Under the pieces are notes generated by a model. That model ran no database searches. It saw nothing but the letters and a program-made list of their open reading frames with translations, and had not been told where the DNA came from. A stretch of DNA of 64,000 bases. Source: an uncultured Neomegalonema sp. (GTDB taxonomy: Bacteria; Pseudomonadota; Alphaproteobacteria; Rhodobacterales; Rhodobacteraceae). Made by a program: the position numbers and the translations under genes. Shown in pieces: positions 9,847 to 16,981 of the stretch. How positions within the stretch are numbered: the stretch's first letter is position 1; every line of letters starts with the position of its first letter. The DNA lies in contig CALLLP010000001.1 of assembly GCA_938008165.1 (NCBI GenBank), positions 67,585-131,584 of the forward strand, in the 5' to 3' direction.

Positions 9847-10581
9847 ATGTATGAAACGCATTCGGAAATCCCGGTCGGGTGGTGCTGTGACCGCGAGGAG
9901 GGGGCTTTTGCGTTTGAGCCACCGCGCACGGTTTTCTCGCGGCGGGCCCGTCCGCTCTCGACCCGCTCGGTGCAGAATTGCCCGGCGGTCAACGATCTCG
10001 AACGCCATCTGATCGAGATACCCGCCCCGGTCAGTATTCGCCTGCGCGCGGTCGATGAGGGTGACGCGCCGGAAATTTTCGTCGTTCCGGCGGGCACGAC
10101 GGTCGAGGATGACAGGATCGGATCGTTCCTCGTGATCGAGCCGGTCGAGCGCTGGCGCGATCCGCGCAGGCCGATGTTGCAACTCAAGCTGCCGTTCTTT
10201 CTGGTCACGGATGCGCCCTGCCATGTGACGCAGGTGCCGCCCTTTCTGGACCCGGTGATCCGGCAATGGCCCGGCACGATGACCGCCGGGCGCTTTGCGC
10301 TGCATCTGTGGCCCCGCAGCCTGCAATGGCCATTCGAATGGGATGACCTGTCCGAAGATCTGGTGATCCGCGCGGGCGAGCCGCTGTGCTATCTGCAATG
10401 CGCTTTCGATGATCCGGCGGCTCGGCCTGCATTGGTGGAGGCCGAATTGACACCTGAACTGACCGAATACCGTGCGGGGATGGAGGCGGTGGGCGAAATC
10501 ACCGATGATATTGCCGGGGTCATGGCCGAAGCGGCACGCCGCCGCCCCGCCACCCTGTTGACGCCGGTGCGCCGTGACTGA
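9847..10581 (+). CDS. hypothetical protein A (paralog of the next gene)
   Basis: 244 aa ORF whose end overlaps the start of the next gene. Shares GWC, FAFxxP, FVTDAxC, WPG, AGRFxLxxWPRxL, RGEP and RPATLLTP blocks with B. Confidence 0.7.
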   Translation: MYETHSEIPVGWCCDREEGAFAFEPPRTVFSRRARPLSTRSVQNCPAVNDLERHLIEIPAPVSIRLRAVDEGDAPEIFVVPAGTTVEDDRIGSFLVIEPVERWRDPRRPMLQLKLPFFLVTDAPCHVTQVPPFLDPVIRQWPGTMTAGRFALHLWPRSLQWPFEWDDLSEDLVIRAGEPLCYLQCAFDDPAARPALVEAELTPELTEYRAGMEAVGEITDDIAGVMAEAARRRPATLLTPVRRD

Positions 10582-11251
10582 AACCGTAATCGGATGGTGC
10601 AATACTTGGGCGCAGGCGGGCTTTGCCTTTCCGGCTCCCCGTCTGCTGGATGATGCGCGGGTGTCGCCCGCTTTGCAGGGCCGGGTGATCGAAATCCGCT
10701 CTGCCGTTGACGTTACCCTGCGCTATGATGCCAATGCGCCGCATGAATGCACGATGGTCGAGGGAAGCCGTCTCAGGCAGGGCGGTTTTGACGGGCTGGT
10801 GACAAGCTTTTCAGCCGAATCCCGCCGCCGCGCCGATGTGCCGGTCGTTCAGGTCGCCTTGAATTTGGTTTTCGTGACCGATGCCGATTGCGCATTGACG
10901 TTGATGCCTGCTTTCCTTGCCGATGGGCCGCGCGATTGGCCCGGTCCATTGGTCGCGGGACGGTTTCCCCTGCGCAGTTGGCCCCGACCGCTCAATTTGG
11001 CGATTGAGTGGGAGGATACGGCGCGTGACTGGGTCTTGCGGCGGGGCGAGCCTGTCGCCTATGTCCTTGTCGAGACGCCCGATCCCGATGCTGTACTGCA
11101 TCTTGTGGAGGCGGCGGCAACGCCTGCGCTTCAGCGCCATCGCAAGGGCATCGATGCGGTTGCGTCGCTATCTCGCAATGTGCAGCCCATGTTCCTGCGG
11201 GCGGAGCGACACCGCCCCGCCACGCTGCTGACACCGAAGGAGCTTTCATGA
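10574..11251 (+). CDS. hypothetical protein B (paralog of the previous gene)
   Basis: 225 aa with a GTG start inside the end of A (GTGACTGA overlap). It is collinear with A over its full length. Confidence 0.7.
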   Translation: MTETVIGWCNTWAQAGFAFPAPRLLDDARVSPALQGRVIEIRSAVDVTLRYDANAPHECTMVEGSRLRQGGFDGLVTSFSAESRRRADVPVVQVALNLVFVTDADCALTLMPAFLADGPRDWPGPLVAGRFPLRSWPRPLNLAIEWEDTARDWVLRRGEPVAYVLVETPDPDAVLHLVEAAATPALQRHRKGIDAVASLSRNVQPMFLRAERHRPATLLTPKELS

Positions 11252-11580
11252 GCCGGACCTTTGTAAACGGCCTCGCAAATTTTATCGTCGAGGGAAATCT
11301 AGTCAGTTTCACCCTGACGGATCAGCGCACCGATGGCGGCGGCAAGCCCCTCGGCCCGGCGCAACCCGTCAGTGATGTGGTGATGCGCCTCAGCGATTTT
11401 ACGCAAATGGCGCAATATCTGGCGGAGGCCGGGAAAGAGATCAGCCGCAAGCAGGGGGGGCAGGCCCCGGTAATGCCCCGCCCTTCGGCAAAGGCCCCCG
11501 CTGCACAGCCCCCCCGCGCCAAGCCGGTCGCTCCAAACAGCCGCCCGCCCATCGGAACCAAGCTGACACCGGGCCGCTGA
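11248..11580 (+). CDS. hypothetical small protein C with basic Pro/Ala-rich tail
   Basis: 110 aa, joined to B by an ATGA overlap. N-terminal about 65 aa look globular; the C-terminus reads PRPSAKAPAAQPPRAKPVAPNSRPP. Confidence 0.6.
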   Translation: MSRTFVNGLANFIVEGNLVSFTLTDQRTDGGGKPLGPAQPVSDVVMRLSDFTQMAQYLAEAGKEISRKQGGQAPVMPRPSAKAPAAQPPRAKPVAPNSRPPIGTKLTPGR

Positions 11581-11640
11581 GATATGCGCGCCGGGGGTGG
11601 GCGCGATCATCCCACAGATCATCCAACTGGCGCGCGAGCG

Positions 11641-12153
11641 CTACTCCGTATCGGACTGAACCCGGCTCATTTCGATGGCATGGTCGGCCATGGGTCCGAG
11701 CACATCGACGACGGATGCCTCGGCAGGCTTGATCGCCCGAAAGGCTTCATGGATGCCCTCCGCCGTCAGGCTGCGCTCGACCACGAGCAGCGTATTGGGC
11801 GCGTGTTCGTCGCATAGGTCGAGCATATGGCGAATTTCCTCCTCCGCCACGGGCAGGGCCGCTTCCAGATCCGGCGCGCCATAGGCCGATACGAAATGTG
11901 CGGCGAGGGCCATCGTCATCGCGTCCACTTCCGCCGGATCGATTTCGGCGGTGGCAACAAAGGTCGTGCGCCCGAACCCTTCCAGTGACAACCAGCCATT
12001 GCGGAAGGCCTGTCGCGGTTTTCCGACCAAATCGGTTTCGGCAAAGTTTGAGAAGGCAAAGGCACCGGAAATGCACCATTCGCCCGATTCTGCCGCCTGC
12101 TCGAAGACATTGCCATCGGATTCGTCGAATCGTATCGATCGTGCCAGTTTCAT
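11641..12153 (-). CDS. conserved hypothetical protein (DUF6505-like)
   Basis: ORF 11641..12330, started at Met60 (MKLARSIRFDESDGNVFEQ). This ATG overlaps the upstream stop as ATGA at 12150..12153. The family name is from memory. Confidence 0.65.
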   Translation of the reverse strand: MKLARSIRFDESDGNVFEQAAESGEWCISGAFAFSNFAETDLVGKPRQAFRNGWLSLEGFGRTTFVATAEIDPAEVDAMTMALAAHFVSAYGAPDLEAALPVAEEEIRHMLDLCDEHAPNTLLVVERSLTAEGIHEAFRAIKPAEASVVDVLGPMADHAIEMSRVQSDTE

Positions 12154-12920
12154 CCGTTCCACTCCTGCCCGTGTTGCAGCATCGTCAGGAGCGGGATCGT
12201 TCTCATGTCCTGCCCGGTTTTCAGCAAGGCCCCGCCATGTTCGTCCAAACCAAGGAACGTGCCGCTGACCGGGCCTTCCTGTGTTTCGATGGTCACTGTA
12301 TTGCCGCGCCCATCCGCGCGCCCCAGCCATGCCTCGAAGATCGGGCGATACCCGTCATCTTCCCAGCGGTTGACCCAGACGAGCGTATGCCGTGACCAGC
12401 TTTCCAGCAGACGAACGCGGCTCAGATGCCCGCATCCTTCTTCGGCCAGCGCGGTGACATCGGGGCGACGCCCCGGATCATCCGCCGTCGAAGCGATGGC
12501 GAGGGTCAGGCCGATGACCATCCAGTCCGGGGCCTCCGCCCCTTCCCATGACGGCACCTGAACCCGCAAACCGCCGCAGAACGCCCCGTTGACCTTCACG
12601 CCACCGGGCCAGACATGGTGCAGGCCAACCTCCGGCGGGGCGAGGGCGCCGATGCAGTCATTCAGCCCATTCGCCACCGCGAAGAGGATCGGCGCCGCTT
12701 CGGCCAGTGCGATCTCCGGCTCAAAGACGATGGCCGCGCGCAGGGTATCGTCATCCGGCGACCAGTAGAGATGCCCGATTTCGGCGCGCCCGGTCTGGGC
12801 ATCGGCCACCGCTTTTTCAAACGGATCGACTCCGGCCTGCGTCTTTACCCCGCTCAGGAGCGGGGGAAATTGCGGCTCCGCGCCAGTGGGGGGCGTATCG
12901 GGGTCGTAACCGATGCTCAT
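12150..12920 (-). CDS. biotin/lipoate protein ligase-like family protein with degenerate motifs
   Basis: 256 aa. TGRAEIGHLYW and VWPGGVKVNGAFCGGL align by eye with the BirA GRGRxGRxW and KWPND-LAGIL blocks. ATGA overlaps at both ends. Confidence 0.6.
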   Translation of the reverse strand: MSIGYDPDTPPTGAEPQFPPLLSGVKTQAGVDPFEKAVADAQTGRAEIGHLYWSPDDDTLRAAIVFEPEIALAEAAPILFAVANGLNDCIGALAPPEVGLHHVWPGGVKVNGAFCGGLRVQVPSWEGAEAPDWMVIGLTLAIASTADDPGRRPDVTALAEEGCGHLSRVRLLESWSRHTLVWVNRWEDDGYRPIFEAWLGRADGRGNTVTIETQEGPVSGTFLGLDEHGGALLKTGQDMRTIPLLTMLQHGQEWNG

Positions 12921-14047
12921 GCGGGAACCGTCTCCGTTGCCTCGATCAGGCTAGCGGCGATCTCGCGGAAGCGGGCGGCCTGTGGGCTTTTGGGCTTTGA
13001 GACGACGATGGGCGCGCCGCCATCCGATGACATCCGAATATCGATATCGAGCGGTATCTCGCCCAGGAACGGCACGCTGAGTTTTTCCGCCTCGGTCTTT
13101 GCGCCACCATGGCCGAAGATATGCGCCTCATGATCGCAATTGGGGCAAATATACGTGCTCATATTCTCGATCATGCCCAGTAGAGGCACGTCGAGCTTTG
13201 TAAACATGTCGATGGCTTTTTTTGCATCGAGCAGCGCCACATCCTGCGGTGTCGAAACGATCACGGCCCCATCGACCTTGGTTTTCTGGCTCAGGGTCAA
13301 TTGTACATCGCCGGTGCCGGGGGGCAGATCGACGATCAGATAATCGAGTTTTCCCCATTGCACCTGACGCAGCATCTGCTGCAAGGCGCTCATCAGCATT
13401 GGCCCGCGCCAGACGACCGATTGATCGTCTTGCAGCATGAATCCCATCGACATGACGGTGACGCCGTAATTGCGCAGCGGCAGGATCGTCTTGCCATCGG
13501 GGGTGGAGGGCCGCCCCGAGACGCCGAGCATCCGCGGCTGTGACGGGCCGTAGACATCGGCATCGAGCAGGCCGACTTTCTTTCCCTGTGCCGCCATGGC
13601 AAGGGCGAGATTGGCCGAAACGGTGGATTTTCCAACGCCGCCCTTGCCCGAACCGACCGCGATAATACGGGCGATCCCGTCGATGGGGCCGGTGTCTTTG
13701 GAGGTCGGAATCGGCTTGTCGCCCGCCTTGGCGAGACCGAGGCTGGGCGGTGGCCCTTTCGGTGCTGCGGCGGGTTGCGGCGCGCTGCCCGGTGCATCCG
13801 AATGCGCGGTGAGTACGGCGGTAACCGATGTCACACCGGCCAGATTCTTCACGGCATCCTCAGCCGCCTTGCGCAAAGGCTCCAGCGCCGCGCCCCGTGC
13901 CGGATCGACTTCAAGCGCGAAGCCGACCGCGCCATTCTTGACGACCAATCCCGATACCATGCCCGCCGAGACGATGTCTTTGCCCTTTGCCGGATCGGTG
14001 ATCGTCGAGAGGGTGGCGAGAATGTCGTCCTTTGTCGGCGCGCTCAT
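12917..14047 (-). CDS. apbC: Mrp/NBP35 family iron-sulfur cluster carrier ATPase
   Basis: N-terminal DUF59-like domain (ILATLSTITDPAKGKDIV), deviant Walker A GKGGVGKST, and a CPNCDH cluster-ligand motif. Confidence 0.9.
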   Translation of the reverse strand: MSAPTKDDILATLSTITDPAKGKDIVSAGMVSGLVVKNGAVGFALEVDPARGAALEPLRKAAEDAVKNLAGVTSVTAVLTAHSDAPGSAPQPAAAPKGPPPSLGLAKAGDKPIPTSKDTGPIDGIARIIAVGSGKGGVGKSTVSANLALAMAAQGKKVGLLDADVYGPSQPRMLGVSGRPSTPDGKTILPLRNYGVTVMSMGFMLQDDQSVVWRGPMLMSALQQMLRQVQWGKLDYLIVDLPPGTGDVQLTLSQKTKVDGAVIVSTPQDVALLDAKKAIDMFTKLDVPLLGMIENMSTYICPNCDHEAHIFGHGGAKTEAEKLSVPFLGEIPLDIDIRMSSDGGAPIVVSKPKSPQAARFREIAASLIEATETVPA

Positions 14048-14247
14048 TCGCTCTGCCCAAGAGTGATCTGGCCTTCGACGACATTCACTTCCTTGCCATC
14101 GATGGTCAGGACCATGCGGGCGTCAACGGTGCCGGTCTGGCCGCTGTCGCGGGCCGCGCGGGTAGCGTCTTCGATGGTCTGCTGCGACGTGACACCGACG
14201 CGTTTGAGATATTTTCGCAGTGACATATTGAACCCTTCGTCGGACAT
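14044..14247 (-). CDS. small conserved hypothetical protein (DUF6494-like)
   Basis: ORF 14044..14292, started at Met16 (MSDEGFNMSLRKYLKRVGVTSQ) with GGGGGAAG upstream. Its stop overlaps the apbC start (ATGA). Met23 (14226) is also possible. Confidence 0.55.
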   Translation of the reverse strand: MSDEGFNMSLRKYLKRVGVTSQQTIEDATRAARDSGQTGTVDARMVLTIDGKEVNVVEGQITLGQSE

Positions 14248-14477
14248 GACGTCACTTCCCCCACAATTCAGGCCATTGATATAATGTCGCAATCCGGTGG
14301 ATCGACATTGCGTCGAGGCACCGGAAAAGTCACACCGCGCGGCCCCTGACGCGGAATGCAGACTTGTTCTGAAAGCGCTTTATCATATGCCGTTCGTGAA
14401 CGCGATAGCGTCACTGTCACGGGCCATACTGTGGCATATGCTCAGGCGGAGGTGTTCGAAGGCGGGCGATGCGCGCG

Positions 14478-16067
14478 TTACGGTTTTTCGGTTTTTTCGC
14501 CGGGAGTGCCGGTCACGATATCCATCCCATCCCCCGAAGCATCGGGTGACGCGACCGAGGGGGCATTGAGACCGCCTTTGCCGGTCCCTGAGGCTGCGCC
14601 GGTCAGGGATTGGGGGATCGCCGTATCGATCACGACATACGAACCGCCAAGGGATGTCGTGCCCTGCGCGTCTTTTGCCGGGGCGGTATCGACGCTGGCC
14701 GGGGCAGGCGGTTGCGGGATTTCCGGTGTGGCAGGCGCAGGCGTGGTGGCCGGAGCGGGTTTGGCGGGCGATTCCACCGCCTTGCTCGTTGTTTCCGCCC
14801 AATAATTGTCGATTGGCACCTCGACATATGAGGGTTCGGCTTTCGGGGCGCTGGCTTGCGCCGGGGCGACATAATCGGGGTTGCCATCCGCCGGATCGGC
14901 AGGCTCAACACCGCCGGTATAATCGAACGGGGTATCTTTTTCGAATGGCTCAGGTTTCGGCTGTGGCTCTACGCTGTTTGCCGGTGCAGCATATTCGGCC
15001 GCCGGTGTCGCGATGGAGTCGTAAACAGGGGTCGGGGGGGCGACCGGGGCAGCGGGTATCCCTTCCACAGCGGGCGTGGAAGTGCCGGTGGAGGCGAGAC
15101 TGTCATAATCGCTGCTTAAAGCCGGAGATTCGTGAGGCTCGTAAATGGGTTGCGCGGTTACGCTCTGTTCCGATGCCGCAGGAGCAGGAGCAGCGGGGGT
15201 GGCGGTCAGGCTTCGCACATAGTCTTCATAACTGCCGACGGACTCAAAACTGCCCGATTGCGGCACGCTTTCTGGCAACGCGCCCACAGAAGTAGAGGCC
15301 ATCACGATGGGCTGTTCGGTCGCCGGAGCGGGCACATTGACGGGTGGTGCCATGGGCGGCGGCGTTTGGGGGATGGCGGTTTTCGGTACGCGGGTGACGG
15401 GGTGGAAGTTCAGCAAATCCGCTGTCTCGGTCGTCTTCGCATAGGCCGCGTATTCCGGTTCGCCCGGCGAATAGATCGGCTGCATCGTGCCGTAATCCTG
15501 CGGCGAGGCCGATTCAGGCATGTGTCCTGTTGCCGATGGTGCAGATGCACCGCTGACCGATCCATGGGCGATGGGCGAGAAGTTCAGAATATCCGTGGTT
15601 TCGCTTGTCTTTGCAAAGCGGGAATATTGCGGCTCGCCCGGCGAGTAGATCGGCTGCATAGCGCCATATCCGCCCGATGCGGGACCGCCGATCACGGTAT
15701 GCTGGTCATTCGAAGTGCTGACGCCGCCATCTTCTTCGCCGATTGCGAGGGTCGTGACCTGATAACCACCATCGCTGGACGACGATGATGACGGCGTCGA
15801 CATTGCCCCGATTTCCGGGGCCGCCACCGCTGCGCCACCGCCATCTTCTTCGCCGATTGCGAGGGTCGTGACGCCGGGGCCGGGGGCCTGTGCTCCGGTC
15901 GTTGGCGCGGTGGGTGCCGTGATACTTTGGGAGGCGGCGGCATAGCTTTGCTCGACAGCCGATCCGTGATTGGAGCCTGCCTTCGATGCCGCCTGCGCCG
16001 GAGGATGCGACTGGACAGGAAAAGTGGTAAACGTGGTTCCAGACACCGGCGCGCTCCATTCAAGCAA
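14478..16067 (-). CDS. acidic Pro/Ala/Thr/Ser-rich repeat protein, probably intrinsically disordered
   Basis: 529-aa ORF with a TTG start at 16067, preceded by GGAG 8 nt upstream. Contains internal repeats VTTLAIGEEDGG (x2) and YGxMQPIYSPGEPxY..AKTxETxDxLNFxP (x2). No signal peptide is visible. Confidence 0.65.
   Translation of the reverse strand: MLEWSAPVSGTTFTTFPVQSHPPAQAASKAGSNHGSAVEQSYAAASQSITAPTAPTTGAQAPGPGVTTLAIGEEDGGGAAVAAPEIGAMSTPSSSSSSDGGYQVTTLAIGEEDGGVSTSNDQHTVIGGPASGGYGAMQPIYSPGEPQYSRFAKTSETTDILNFSPIAHGSVSGASAPSATGHMPESASPQDYGTMQPIYSPGEPEYAAYAKTTETADLLNFHPVTRVPKTAIPQTPPPMAPPVNVPAPATEQPIVMASTSVGALPESVPQSGSFESVGSYEDYVRSLTATPAAPAPAASEQSVTAQPIYEPHESPALSSDYDSLASTGTSTPAVEGIPAAPVAPPTPVYDSIATPAAEYAAPANSVEPQPKPEPFEKDTPFDYTGGVEPADPADGNPDYVAPAQASAPKAEPSYVEVPIDNYWAETTSKAVESPAKPAPATTPAPATPEIPQPPAPASVDTAPAKDAQGTTSLGGSYVVIDTAIPQSLTGAASGTGKGGLNAPSVASPDASGDGMDIVTGTPGEKTEKP
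15396..15668 (-). repeat. two imperfect 99-nt coding repeats (15396..15494 and 15570..15668)
   Basis: They encode residues 134-166 and 192-224 of the repeat protein, which match at 23 of 33 positions. Confidence 0.8.
15724..15872 (-). repeat. 35-nt perfect direct repeat (15724..15758 and 15838..15872) inside the repeat-protein gene
   Basis: ccgccatcttcttcgccgattgcgagggtcgtgac occurs twice, 114 nt apart, and encodes the two VTTLAIGEEDGG units. Confidence 0.9.
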
Positions 16068-16366
16068 AATGCTCCAAAACGATGCACTCTCTACGCGTCG
16101 AAGTCAAGAAATGCGAGTGATTTCAAGACATACGTTGTATATTTGTATCGAAAAGGATCAATTCTTGGCGATTTCCCCGAATTTTCAGCCTGTTGTTTAT
16201 CATCCCTTTGAAAAGATCTGAGGCAATTGCTGGAAGTGGGCAGGACTTACCGGTATCTTGTCCTTCTTTGGCGCATATATCGTGCGCTTCGGTTTCGATG
16301 CGTGATCCAAGCCGTTTCCATGTGTCGAAATGGATATGCGCGGTCATCCGTTGTAAGAAGGATCGC

Positions 16367-16981
16367 ATGAGTGATCTCGATACCCTGACCGCAGACATTC
16401 GCGCCTGTCGCCATTGCGCCGATCGCTTTGCTGCGACGGTCAGCGCCCATGAGCCGAATCCGGTGCTGCGCGTTTCGTCCACCGCGACGATTTGCATTGC
16501 GGGGCAGGCGCCGGGTATTCGGGTTCATCGATCCGGCACGCCTTTTACCGATCCGTCCGGGGTACGGTTGAGGGCATGGATGGGGGTCGATGAGGATGTC
16601 TTCTATGACGCGGCATGTATCGCGATTGTTCCGATGGCGTTTTGTTTTCCGGGGCATACGGCCACCCGTGCCGATTTGCCGCCGCCGGTGGATTGTGCGC
16701 GTCTCTGGCGTCAACCGCTGTTTCAGGCGCTCCCTGCGATTCGCCTTGTATTGCTGGTCGGCAAGGCGGCGCAGGACTGGCATCTCGGCGATCGTCTCGG
16801 CATGACCGAGCGTGTACGCCGCTGGACCGATGCGCCGGGGGATGCCAAAGATACCGCGTATATTCCCCTGCCTCACCCCTCGTGGCGCAACAATGCATGG
16901 CTGAAAGCGAATCCATGGTTCGAGACCGATACCTTGCCAAAACTCCGCACTTGCTTGTCGCTGCATTTGCCGTCCTCCTGA
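16367..16981 (+). CDS. uracil-DNA glycosylase superfamily protein
   Basis: ORF 16193..16981, started at Met59 (MSDLDTLTADIRACRHC). Motif A-like GQAPG and motif B-like HPSWRN. Confidence 0.7.
   Translation: MSDLDTLTADIRACRHCADRFAATVSAHEPNPVLRVSSTATICIAGQAPGIRVHRSGTPFTDPSGVRLRAWMGVDEDVFYDAACIAIVPMAFCFPGHTATRADLPPPVDCARLWRQPLFQALPAIRLVLLVGKAAQDWHLGDRLGMTERVRRWTDAPGDAKDTAYIPLPHPSWRNNAWLKANPWFETDTLPKLRTCLSLHLPSS

Noticed and set aside
15396-15872. Direct repeats that could be mistaken for a short CRISPR-like or tandem-repeat array
   Set aside because: There are only two copies of each unit, with unequal spacing, and all are in frame inside one long ORF, where they encode repeated peptide modules. 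No cas genes or leader are present.
16123-16497. 124-aa minus-strand ORF reaching into the large intergenic region
   Set aside because: More than a third of it is antisense to the UDG-family gene, the remainder lies in AT-rich promoter DNA, and there are no motifs or ribosome-binding site.
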